From positions 112,694,397 to 112,758,396 of the forward strand of contig CM097887.1 in assembly GCA_044892525.1 (NCBI GenBank): a stretch of 64,000 nucleotides of DNA. Direction: 5' to 3'. This document shows positions 47,765 through 60,040 of this stretch, piece after piece. Position 1 is the stretch's first letter. Every line of letters starts with the position of its first letter. This DNA comes from Schmidtea polychroa. Taxonomy: Eukaryota. Position numbers and translations under genes: made by a program. The notes below the pieces were generated by a model. It saw only the letters and a program-made list of their open reading frames with translations. It was not told the DNA's origin and searched no databases.

Positions 47765-48627
47765 AGAAACATTTGGTATTTTATATAAAATAACAAACTT
47801 GAGTAAATTATTTTTTCTTGATTCCCTGATTTTATAAAAGTGAAATCTCGGGAATCGGGATTATAAAAATCCAGAAATTTCCCAAGATTACGCCCCGAAG
47901 AAATCCCGGGAAGGACCCACTAATTAAAAGTCGATATAATTATAGAATAAAGAGAATATTTAATGTAAAATTTTTATTTATTTTCATTTAGCAAATTAAA
48001 TTTACTTTTTATTGAATTTAAACGTCATTAGATTACAATATTTGTTATAAAATGTACTTTAACACACGGGCCATAAAAATGTTTCGCGGGCTGGATGCGG
48101 CAACAGCTAGCTAGCGCTCCGATTTACTGTAACTTACAAATCGTAACTATTTACTGCTCAGCAAACATTAATTATTTCAATTCAATTCCATGTTTATGAA
48201 ATGAATAATTGCCTACAATAATCCTACATATTTATAAATCCTCGCCTGCAATGATGATCATCACATAATAATTTACAAAACGAAACAATTGGTTGCATTT
48301 GAATTTCGTGAAACAAATTTCTTCTAATTTTTATCAGTTGAGATCTGCATCGATTTCAAATTTTAAAATGAATATTGAATTTGGTTATTGAATTTTTGCA
48401 TAATTTTGAATTTTGGTTGCTGATTTTGGAACTTCATTTTTAGAAGTACCAATAATGTCGATCCCGCTTCTATTGGGTATGAAATTATTGTTGATGATGC
48501 CCCGTTTCTGTTGGAGATGATGCTGCAGTTGATGCCCAGAATGTATTTTAGTTGCGGATTCGGAATAAAAATGTGAGTTTGTATTTGTTATGTATTGTAA
48601 AAAGAACTTCATAATAAAATATTTAAA

Positions 48628-48631
<4 letters not shown>

Positions 48632-48696
<65 letters not shown>
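48632..48696. repeat. (AAT)n microsatellite, about 21 units
   Basis: Direct reading. Confidence 0.98.
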
Positions 48697-48697
<1 letters not shown>

Positions 48698-49059
48698 TAT
48701 TATATGGATTTAAATAATAAAAATGAAGATATTTAAATACATTAAATTCTCTTTTCATGCGATTTTGAAATAATGCGGTGAAACAATAATTTCTCATTTT
48801 ATCACAAATGATGACTCATCTAACATTAATAGACACCCCAGCCTGTATTATAGATTGGATTGTTCAGTGCAAACGGATGTAAACTAAGTGCGCAATTGAT
48901 ATGTTCAAAAAAATTTGTTTAAAAACAAATCTATCCACGTATTATTTTTATGGCTATTTATTACTCAGTCAGTAGAAAACAAAACTCTGTAAAAGGTTTC
49001 AATGTTTTTCTAAAGAATTAAGTTTAAGTTTTTCTAAATTTTTTTTATTACTCTTAAGA

Positions 49060-50660
49060 AAAATGTGTGATAGTAATAACAAAAAACAATTAATTTAGGC
49101 GAATCTAATATTAGAGCACTTAAAAAAATAATGTGGCAATAAGAAAATCAATTATATCGAATACAAAATTGAGTTCTAAAATTTCATCATATTCAAGAAA
49201 CACCTTAATAGAAAAAACAGAAAAGGCGTTCGCAATTTGGATTAAAGATGTAACAGAAAAAAAATATTCTAATAGTTTGACATTTAATTAACCAGAAAGG
49301 TCTTCGATTTTACGGACAACTGAAGGTATCAGAGTCATCTAAATCTTCACGTGGAAGCAATTCGAAATTCTGGGCCAGTACAGGATTATTAAAAAATAAG
49401 AAACTGGTTTTCTAAAAGGATAGTCTTTCCATAATTTGTAGATAAAGGTGAGATCGCTTCTGCAGACCAAGAAGCTGCTAGAAAATATCCTCAAAAGTTA
49501 GTCAAAATTATTAAAGATGGCAAAGATTATTTTGGAAAAAAATGCCGAACCGCATCTACTTCACAAAGTCCGAAAAAACTGCCAATGATCGAGTAACTTT
49601 CTTGCCTTCCTGAAAAACTTTTAGAGATCGAATGTTAAAACCGCTGAATGTAAATCAATCTTTAAAACCACGTGCATTAAAAGTAAAAAATCTAGAGAAA
49701 CTACTCGCACATTTCATGGCAAACCAGAACGCCTAAGTAACTACGCCTATTTTCACTGAGTGGTTCAATAAATGCTTTGTACCAGAAGTCGAAAAATATA
49801 TGAAAGAGAAGGGTCTCGAATTTAAGATCCCAATAATTCTTGAAAATGCAGGTCATGCAAATTTAGAATTCATTATAGAAAATTATAGAATTATAGAATT
49901 CATTTTTTCCCTCCAAACACAACCAGTTTTATTCAACCATTAGATAAGGGAATTAATTCGATATTTTAAAAATCATTATAACAAGTTTACTTTTCAATTC
50001 ATATGAAACAATCACAGTTGCTGAAGTTTGGAAAAAATTTAATGTTTTGAACTGTATAAACCATGCTGCATTAGCAATTTCTGAAATAAAACAGCAGCTT
50101 GATTTGAAATTCAGACTCTGAATGCGTATTAAAAAGAAATGAATCAAATCAAATAACAACCATATCATCAGAAATTATTTCACTGGCCAGATAAATTGGT
50201 GGTGAATGTTTTGATACATTTGGCGAAAAGATGTTCAAAAATTGCTTGTGGACGAAGCCTTAAGAGATGACATTTTGTAATGTATGGTATTAGGTCCTAT
50301 CGAAGATCCTGCAGAAGACAATGGACCAGAAGAAGAACCAGTCTCACTTAACGCAAATTTAATTCGGGAAGGCCTTGAACTTTCCAGTAAATTGGAAAAT
50401 ATTTTCCTATTAAATGATAAAGATTCAGAACGCGCCTTGAAATTCAAACGTGATCTGAAATTTTGGAAGTCAGGCTACCGAGAACTCTACAAGCCGAGTG
50501 TTTAATTGCTGACAATTTTGTCAAAGAAAAAAATTAACCGAAATTCATAAGGAACTATATTACTATGCAGATCTGATAAGGTGATTATATCTTCAAGTGA
50601 AAAAAGTGATTTCGCACCAATCCAGAAACGAATTCGTACATTATCAGAAAGCGAAGAATG
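49060..50660 (+). mobile_element. Decayed Tigger/pogo (TIGD1-like) transposon
   Basis: GESNIRALKK; GEIASADQEAARKYP; KPRALK; FTEWFNKCFVPEVEKY; FFPPNTTSFIQPLDKG in broken frames. Confidence 0.85.
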
Positions 50661-51149
50661 ATCTATTTAGCTTCTATATATTTTTAAAATAAAGTTTAGC
50701 TTATGTTTTTTATGTTTTCAATGAAATATTAAATTTCAATAAAATACGAGAAAATAAATTTAGATTTACACCTATTTATGTTCAATATTTTTAGCAATTT
50801 TCCATGATTTTTCAGGATTTTTCAGGATATTTCTTAATTTTTTATACGATTTTTGATTCATTTTAAGAAATTATTTAGGTTTTATGCGATTTTTTGTGTA
50901 AATGGAACGAATCTATCATTTTGCATATAAATATATTTCTCTGTGCGAATTTTTTATTTCTGCAATAAAGAGTAATTTTCAATATATTCACGATTTATTG
51001 AAAACGTAGTATATAGATTAACCATAATTTTAACATTAATAAATTTGGATCATGTAAAAAAATGACATTATGAGTCATTTTTTTACATGTTATTGATTTC
51101 AATTAAATAATTAATTTATTTAGATAACCATGAATTTTGAAAATGAAAT

Positions 51150-52075
51150 TATCATGACAAATGAGCAACTCGTTACATGGCTTTTCACTAACAAGTGGAT
51201 AGACGAAGTTGTAGTTTGTAAAACATGTAACCATGGCATGATTTTAAAAAAGAGTAAAGATAAATGAATTGGTCATGAGTGGCGTTGCATCAACTACGAA
51301 TGCCAAACATATCAAACCTCATATTCATTGCGTAAAGGAAGTTGTTTGATATGTTTGATTAATAAAAAAAATATTTTTGCTCAATTTAAATAAATTATTA
51401 TTTAAAAACTCATAATCATTATACATACGGAAGTGGATTCTTTTGATAATATTAGTCAATGGAAATCGAATCTAGGGAGAATTATTTTATCTGATACAAT
51501 TGTTTTGGCTTTTGGCTTTTTTTAACTGATGCATATAAATATAAAATAAATTTTAAAAAATATTTAAATTAAAAAAATCATTTAAATCATTATACTTTAT
51601 TTAAATCCTTATAACATGAACTCGGAAAGTTTAGAAGAATCTATAGTTACAATGACCAAAGCAGAATTAACTACCTGGATGTTTCAAGAAGGTTACTTCC
51701 ACCGTAACATGCAATGCCTGGGCCCTGTGGGTCCTCTTTTAAGCTTGAAAAGTCATCAAGCTATGTCGATGGTATGCCTTGGAGATGCTATTCCAACGAA
51801 TGCACATTCTATAAATCGAGAAGATCTGTCAGAGAATCCATTTTTCGAATCATTGCCAACGGAAACGAAAAAAGTACTTAAAGTGCTTATTCGTATATCA
51901 ATTGGACAAACACGTTGTTCAATTCTCAGAGGCATACGGATATCTTCGCCAACGTATAGCAAGATAATTTCATTGCTTGTCAAAAGAATGACAACATCTA
52001 ACATACTTTTAAATAAGCTATGGAGCACAGGTACTGTTGTTCATGTGGACGAAACCATGCTTAACTATAAATATA
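51150..52075 (+). mobile_element. Two Merlin/ISXO2-like transposase 5' fragments
   Basis: LVTWLF..VVCKTCNHGM..WRC...C...YSLRKGS zinc ribbon (51150-51345); second copy ending GTVVHVDETMLNYKYK (first catalytic D). Confidence 0.7.
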
Positions 52076-52209
52076 AAAGTGCTGTGCTAAAACCTGAATT
52101 TTCTATAAAGTGTTGGGCTTAAAGTTATAGAAACCGGAATGAAGCTGTAAGAATTATAAAAATCGGAATGAAGCTGTAAGAATTAGAAATGGGGACGAAT
52201 TGTTAAAAG

Positions 52210-52885
52210 CTACCCTTTTTACAAATAAATAAAAATTAAATACCATATTAAATAAAGTTGAGTGGAATAGTTAAGAAAATTAAATAATAAAAGGAGAAAA
52301 CAAGAAATTAAAAACAACAAGAAATCCGTGTAAGGAAACCATGAATACTACAAAAAAAAACTACAAATCAAGTAACCATACAAACAAATAAAAGAAAATA
52401 ATTAAATAGGACAACGAAACAACAACGGAGAATGAAAAATAAATAAAGTTCAGCATAAAAACATAAAATAAACACAAAAGAAAGTTAAAGTAGCAAACCA
52501 CACGCAGAATTATCAACGGAAACCCACTAAAATATGTAAAATATAAAAATTAAATAACCGAATAAAATAGATAATTAAAACAAATAAATAATATAAGGAA
52601 AATGAATAAAAACCTAAAAAATAAAGAAAATAGTGAAATTACACCCCAACTAAGTCCTGATTGGACGAAAATTAATATATAAAGCGGTCATTTAGTTAGT
52701 TCTAAATTTCTAAATTCTTAGGACAGACTCCTACTAAGTAAGAACCAGTAAAATCACAGGGACTTACGATAAAACTCCAAGGACAACATTCTAGATATCA
52801 AATCAATTATTACAGCTTCATTCCGAAGGACTCAACGAATCGATTCAGCCTATTGAACAACAGAATTAAGACAAAAGTAAAACGA
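52210..52885 (+). promoter_or_regulatory. Promoter module 2
   Basis: A-rich tract then TCCTGATTGGACGAAAATTAATATATAA, 28 nt identical to module 3; donor-like GTAAAA at 52877. Confidence 0.6.
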
Positions 52886-54816
52886 TTTTTATTTTTATTT
52901 TATTTCATTCATCCACATATATATTAAATCACGAATGTAGTTGTATTAATTAAAATATTATGATTAACCAAAATATCCAAATTTTCTCTTCATGGAGCCC
53001 AGCGACGATACCGTCTGGACGTCTGTGTATGATTGCTAATGCCGCCCCGAAAATTACGATGCAGGATATCCATGAATTACAACGATTACGAGATTTCAAG
53101 AGGATTTGAAGGTCATCAGCAACACTAGTCGGGAATTATGATAATAATATTGATTTTGGAGAAAGATTTTGTAGCAGACGTATAGATTGAGTTTAATGCT
53201 TCGGTATAAGAAATGACAAATGGGGTGATGATCATCATATGCAGAGGCAAAGGATATGGTCGCTGGTAAGTAGTATTTATGTATAATGATTGGTATTTCA
53301 TATATGTTGATTTTGATTTATTATGATAAACATGCAAATAAGGTGTCGAACCGTCTAGCGTGGTCGTCCGATAATAGTCGGTACTTGTACCGGTGGTTTT
53401 CGGGTGAACCATGAGAGGTGGTAAGACGGAAAGTAGCTCGACAAAAAAATTGTTAAATGCAGAGAGGAGTGGTAGTATCATCTTCGAGGTGTAAGAAAAA
53501 TCCAATGTAATCACAGGCGATAATTCAAAGATAATTCAAATTACAACAATTTTGAAATTGTAGGCTTTCCAGACACAGAATAGTCACTGAGAGGACTTTC
53601 GTAGATCAGTTATTTAATTTCCGAGGATTTGCTAGCCGACACCGTCTCAATAATCACCAGTATCTTTTCACGTTAATTCTTTACCAATCTCATTCTCGGT
53701 TTGATAACAATTATCTCACGTTTAGTACGACATTTTCTGCGAAATCGGATTTACAAACATGCACAGATATGGACTAGGGAGAATTTTTCAATAAATCCAG
53801 TTATCGTTTTAGTAGCTACAATCCATCATTTTCCCATGAAAATTCATCGACGTAAATTCTCGCGATAGATCAATCAGTTGCCTCATCGAAATAAACAAGA
53901 TGTAGGTATCAGCTTCGCCGTCTCGTCCGGTTGTTACGAGGTAATTAAGATTGTTTACAAGTTTTCGTAAACACATTAAGAATCCTTCATGTACATTGCC
54001 AGATCTATTATCTTAAATCACTTTTAAACAATTCGGGTCGACCGCGACAAAATTCAGTTTTAACAATCATCGTAAGATTGACCATTAAACCGATAGTCTT
54101 GATCTACTACCGGATGAACCGGATAAACACAATAGAAGCCATAAATCAATTCGGAAATTTCACCTTCAACTAACGCTATCATTTAGGTAATAAAAATGAC
54201 ATAATCCTTGCAGAATAAATAATATCATTGTGTAAAATAAATAAGCTAATTCTCGTAAAGTACATAATTTAATTCTCGTAAAATAAATGATAAAATTCTA
54301 GTAAAATAAATAAATAAATGCCATTTAGTGCCACTCACGAATTGAGAATTTGACAACCATATAGCTATATTATAATTACTGAGGTATTCAGTTCATTCAG
54401 TCGAAAAGATACTTAGAGATTTAAAGAAATCATATTTCTAGAATACTAGCACCAATCAACCGAGTAAATACAAGCGTTAAGAGACAGTTGTATGCCTTTT
54501 CCGAGTTACACAAATTTCGAGTTTCATAATGATATCGGACGTCACCATACTTTCGTAATACCCCCACAGTTAACCTATGACCTATCTAGATAATTTGCTA
54601 CACATTAAATTATTAATTTGTTTCATTTTTGATCAAGTCCTTCCCACCCTTGAACTTAATCGACTGCATAAATTTCCGAGCTAGGTGTATGATGCGAATA
54701 CTACAAATGATTACACCATATAGTTATCATTCTTGGGAAATCTGACCAACGAGCACGTCCGAATATTGATTAGGTAAACACCTCAACGAAGTAAAAATTG
54801 CATATTATATTTAGCT

Positions 54817-55390
54817 ATGTCGGAGCCAAATTTACCTCCTCGCGGACCAAAACCGTCCTTTCCATGTTCAGACAAAAACATGGATATCAAGAAGCTGCAC
54901 ATAGGGGTTCTCAAAAAACGTATCGACACGCTAGAACACACGTGGTTCTCCCCACCACAAACGAAAGAGGAGAAGATGAAGGTACTCAGATTAGAGCACT
55001 GCCATAACAGTCTCTTAGAAGAAAGTCGTCAACGACTGACTATTAAAGCACAATCCGAAGCCCTCCACAAGATCTACTCCGAATCGGAATTACAGAAACG
55101 AGTTAGAGAATACCCGATCAAGGACGGGGTAAAGGTATTCCCGCTTCACCATCGAGCGGAGGAGAAATCATTGAGCCCGTTCTGAGCAAGGCAGCGGAAA
55201 ACCCTACTCTTTCTACACCTATCACTCATGAGACCATTCCTATCACTCACCCAGTCAATACCGAAAAATCAGTCAACTCAACTCCTGAGAAACGTAAACG
55301 GCCGCCTAGAGCCGATCGAACAGCAAAACGAAGAGAAAAGATGGAGGCATTAGAGGCTTCGTTATTTGCTCCCCAATCCGCTGTTGGGCT
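54817..55390 (+). pseudogene. Repeated ORF family copy, frameshifted at ~55180 and 3'-truncated
   Basis: FPCSDKN.DIKKL..LKKRID.LE.TWFSPPQ.KEE..LEHC..QSEALHKIY; KRKRPPRADR in the next frame; TTTAG acceptor 2 nt before ATG. Confidence 0.8.
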
Positions 55391-57218
55391 AAACTTTGAG
55401 GGTGAGAAAACTGGATCGAATGAGAAAAAGAAGCCCGAAAAAATTAATAAAATAAGATAAAAATAACTTGCAACCAAAATCTTAGTAATATATAGGAAGA
55501 AACAAATAAAATACCAATAAAAGAAATAGGAATAAGTAACAAAATAATAAAACCCTTAAGATTTAAAAATAAGACAAAAAGGAAACTACCTAATGCGCAT
55601 AACAGATAAAGGGGAAATAGAATAGCAAAAATGTAAGAAAAATAAACGAGAAATTAAAGAAATAGAATAAAAATAAAACCATTCCTAAATAAATTCGTAA
55701 GCTAATTAAAACAAAAAATTATATCGCAAAAAAATGACAATAAATCTATAGAAGATAAGAGAAAAACAATAAACATTAAGAAAATAATAAAATAATAATA
55801 AAAAATAAAATAAGGTCACTAAAATTCACCATATTATCTCCAGCAGATTTGGAAGAGACAGCGAATTGAACGAATCTCTTGAGTAGAAGAGCTTACAGGA
55901 CGTCTGCAAAATATTCAGTTCGACTCTTTCCTGACTCATAATATAGAGGTACACAATTTTCGTGTAAGGTGTAGTCACTAGAAATCTTGGTCGGAGACGT
56001 TTATAACCAGCACAATCCAACGTCTTTCCGAATAGACTGACATGATTTGACATGAAAGTATGATAGCATCAATAGAGTGTTAGCGGCTAAACCTGATTTT
56101 TCGTCTAACTAAACGTCCGAAGCAGGATCTGCAATTAATGTCTTTGACAGACAATTATCAGATAAGAATCGCCTCTACATAGAATTAATTCTCCTTCGAT
56201 AAGTAAGGTAAACAATCGCCCGGAGTTATGACAGACTGCACGAGAATTAGCATTTGATTAGAGTTGCCCGGAGAATCACTGACCGTTCTTGATAAGTCAC
56301 GATCGAGGCAAATCGGCCCACACACTGAACTGCTGGGTGTTTACCATAGTAGAGATAAAAATCTCCGACATATCACCAGCTAAGACAACTTCTAGATATC
56401 GGCATGAATTTCCAGCAGACACAGCAATTGATAATGTCAACAATTAGGAAAATCGCTAGTTCAGCCAACTTACCGACGAAAAATTTCCATTTGTCAGCAA
56501 GATTAGATCATGTCAAGAGGCTCATTACAATACAGGCACACTAACGCATTGCCTAATTTTTAGGATAGTAGGTATTCCCGCTTCACGGCAATGATGAGGT
56601 GAGGCACAGTCGTAGCCAGTTCGTGTGCTCCGAATAGATAATGGGGTTAAGACATAATTAGATGCTGTAAAAATCCCCATTTCATTTTTAGACGGGAATA
56701 TCTCTAATGATTACCTAACATTACATAATCACGATTCATGTTCCTACGATAATTTTCACTTCCCCTAACAAAATGTCTAGTGCGTGGGCGATATCGGTTA
56801 ACATACTTACTAGAAAGGAATCGCTGGCTTATGAATAATACGCGCAATCAACTAAAACAAATTCACCTAATGGTCGGGCGTCAAATGCAGTTACCAGCCA
56901 GTAGCAATGAGGGGCAAGAGCGATATTAGGTACACATAAAATCTACTAATAAAAATAAAATAATGATTGTCAAATTAAACTAATCACCATATTGGTAATA
57001 TCGCGAATGGAGTTGATAATCCCCGTTTTCTTTTGCATGAATTGCGTTAATGGAGCGTGGGTCACCTGTGGGTAAATTTTGAATGTCATGCGAGTGGTTA
57101 AAATTTACTAGGAGTCGCAGTAGAAGGTGGCGAACCACAGTCGGTATCCACTATCTGATACTATAATAATGTATGAACGATTGTAAATGGTGATGATAGG
57201 AATTTTCTTTAACTCTAG

Positions 57219-57983
57219 ATGACCGCACCGACCAAATCAGTCAAAGATCTTCGTCCGTGTTTCTCTTGTTCGGACAAAAATGAAGATATCAAGAAGCTAA
57301 ACATCTATATCGGGGCCTTGAAGAAACGGATTGATCTATACGAGGGCATGTGGTTCTCCCCGCCACAAATGAAGGAGGAGCGTAGTAAAATTTTGAGATT
57401 GGAGCACTGCCGTGACAGTCTCCTGGAAGAAAGTAGGTGCCAGAGGCTAACGATAAAAGCCCAATCAGAGGCCCTACATAAGATTTATACGGACGTCGAG
57501 ATTTCTAAAAGGGTCCGAGAATATCCAATCCAAGACGGGACTAATGTGTTCCCGATACACCATCAGTCAGCTGGAGCCCCATCAACGACTAGCTGCAAGG
57601 GACATGGCTCACAATCGTCACCCATTCTCGCTCCAGCTCTCTCAGGTTCTAGGCCTATGACAAAGGGTCCATCGGACCCCATCTTGGCTCCGATTCTTCA
57701 GCCTCACCATGTGCAACCATCAGTAGAAACCACAACGCCAAATCGGAAACGTAAGAGGCCGACGCGCTCTGAGAAGAATCAAAAGCGCAGGAACGCCATC
57801 GCCGCGCTAGAGACTTCACTATCAGTGGCCCAATCCACCATCAAGGAGATCTTAAATTCCTATTCAATTCCAACTAAGGAAGTATTCCGGGTGGTTCCGG
57901 CCGACGGTATAAAGTTCATTGCAGATCGCCGGTTGCCCGTGGACATAGATGAAATGCTAGCTGAAGGGGAAGTTTTCCCGTGA
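57219..57983 (+). CDS. Repeated ORF family copy D, 254 aa
   Basis: Intact ORF; CTCTAG|ATG acceptor; RPCFSC...WFSPPQMKEE...QSEALHKIY; RKRKRPTRSEK; VDIDEMLAEGE. Confidence 0.85.
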   Translation: MTAPTKSVKDLRPCFSCSDKNEDIKKLNIYIGALKKRIDLYEGMWFSPPQMKEERSKILRLEHCRDSLLEESRCQRLTIKAQSEALHKIYTDVEISKRVREYPIQDGTNVFPIHHQSAGAPSTTSCKGHGSQSSPILAPALSGSRPMTKGPSDPILAPILQPHHVQPSVETTTPNRKRKRPTRSEKNQKRRNAIAALETSLSVAQSTIKEILNSYSIPTKEVFRVVPADGIKFIADRRLPVDIDEMLAEGEVFP

Positions 57984-58265
57984 TCTGGAACAGCACCAAC
58001 TTCCAATCCATTTCCTCTGAAAATGATCCTCAGCATCGTCTGACAATCTGTCTGTATGTTGCCCTCTGCTTTGTAATCTTCTATGTAACAAGTTATTGTA
58101 ATTCGTGTGTTTTGTTGGATTAATATAATTTTTCTTGGCATTTGATGAGTTATTTACGAGATTGTTAAGTGAATTGCACGACTTGATTGATAAATTGAAT
58201 GTAAGTCATCAGATGAGGGTCGTCCCCCTGGACCAGGGTCGTACCGAGTTATGTATGAAAGCATG

Positions 58266-58402
58266 GGTAAGTCCTTCTACGGCACCTTAGAACCCGAACC
58301 GTGAGTGAGTTAATAGTAGTCCTAAGGCAGGGGCTCACCTGTTAGCGAACTCCAACCCATGTGCTCATCACCAACGTGTGAACATCATCACGGGCACACA
58401 TG
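58266..58402 (+). ncRNA. Structured RNA motif copy D
   Basis: GGTAAGTCCTTCTACGGC...TAGT..TAAGGCAG-GGGCTCAC-CTG...CACCAA-CGTG..CACG-G-GCAC. Confidence 0.6.
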
Positions 58403-58660
58403 AGGGATATCAGGAAAATCATCACAGATATGCTGGGAGAGGGGACTGAGCGAACTAGACCAATGGTATGCCCTGTACTGAAAACTTTCTTTCCTCCCCA
58501 CATAGCCAACACCGCTATCACTAAGATCAGTACTAACCCTCAGCCAACGGTACTACCTGACTCATTCAGAATAATTTCACCGGCAATAGTGGCACTGGCG
58601 AGAGATCCTGGACTGCAGGTTGATATTGATGCCCTGCAGACCGAGGGAGAAATGATGTGA
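58400..58660 (+). pseudogene. C-terminal remnant of the repeated ORF family
   Basis: RIISPAIVALARDPGLQVDIDALQTEGE aligns with copy D RVVPADGIKFIADRRLPVDIDEMLAEGE. Confidence 0.55.
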
Positions 58661-59148
58661 GAACCGATATGCAGAAGATTAGAAATGAATTGTTGGAATA
58701 TCTTATCCCTGATGTGCGCGAGATGATTTGAATTTTCCTGGACTATTGTGACTAATGGTGTAGCGAAAAAGTTAAATAAGTGTTGAATATGGCGATATGT
58801 TCATCCTATTTTATGAGTGTGGAATAACAATGAAGTGGTATAGTAGGTTTAGAGGATGCTGAGAAATTGAATGAGGGAAACCTAGAAAATTGATTATCTA
58901 TAGCAGGACACAAACTCATTTTCATCCATCGACCGTTTGATTTGGCGTCTGAATTTTTACTACTGAAAGATTCTAACCAACTTACAATCTGCGTGGCATG
59001 ATAATACTCAATCTTGATTTTTCCGGGAGGATTTATTATGATGATTAATTTCATCAACAAGGGAGGGAAAATGTCTGAATTGTTACTATGAAATAGAGAG
59101 ATATGGATGCCGTCTCCTTGGACCAGAGACGTGATAACGAAAATAAGA

Positions 59149-59354
59149 GGTAAGACCTATCGACACTCTAGAACCCGCACTGTGAATATTGAGGAGAGTA
59201 ATCCTACCATAGGGGCTCATCTGTCCGCAAGTTCCGACCTGCGTATACAGTTCCACCATGAACAACTTTCATGGGTATACGTATGGGAGATGAATCACAA
59301 ATCATGAAGGGTACTTGGGGGAACAACTGAGCATACCAACCACCCTGAGTACCC
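59149..59354 (+). ncRNA. Structured RNA motif copy F (core 59149-59282, short second domain 59309-59354)
   Basis: GGTAAGACC-TATCGAC...GGGGCTCAT...GCGTATAC-AGTTCCAC-CATGAA..TTCATG-G-GTATACGT; GGGTACTT/GAGTACCC. Confidence 0.65.
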
Positions 59355-59409
59355 AACAAAAGTAATTAAATAAAATCTTGTTTTAACATCAAATTGGGGT
59401 AATCAGTCA

Positions 59410-60040
59410 AGTATTACGAAAAATAAAGAATAAGAGAGGGAGAAATAATAAAATAAAATAATAGACAAAATCACCAAATTAAAATAAACAAGAAATAATT
59501 CTCAAACGAACAGGAGACACAACCATAACTGATAAGCAGAACAAAATAGCTAGGAAAAAATAAAGCAAAATACCAGAAAAACAAAATATTAACAATAAAA
59601 CGAATAATAATCAACAGAAAACAATAAAAACAAAAATGAATAAAATACAAAGTCACAAACAGAATGACCAACAGAATCCGACAAAAGAAAAAGAAAAAAA
59701 TAAGAATAACTAAATTAGCAAGTTGATTATAAAATAAAATAAATATATAACCTTAAAGAAAAGCAATTTAAAAGAAATAAAAATAGAATTTTACAACATG
59801 CCTGGATCCTGATTGGACGAAAATTAATATATAAGAACAACAACTTGACTGATTCCCTCAATTCTAAAAAATTTTCATTCAGGCAAAACTGTTCACGGTA
59901 AATTATAAATTCTAAAAATTTTTCATTCAGGGACTATTTCAGCCCCAACCACTTACTCGGAACCATCATAATTACAGCGTACGATTCGATTTAAGAAATT
60001 TAAATTCATCGTACGAAGAAAGGAAAGAAAACGTAAATCT
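59410..60040 (+). promoter_or_regulatory. Promoter module 3
   Basis: A-rich tract, CTGATTGG (59809), TATATAA (59828), donor-like GTAAAT (60033). Confidence 0.6.

Noticed and set aside
58206-58212. CTGATGA hammerhead core on the minus strand near motif D (also CTGAGGA near 43367)
   Set aside because: No stem II followed by GAAA and no cleavage triplet in register.
59059-59073. PPT-like AAGGGAGGGAAAA followed by TG as an LTR start (similar weak site at ~17650)
   Set aside because: No second LTR copy, CA end or TSD could be found in the window.
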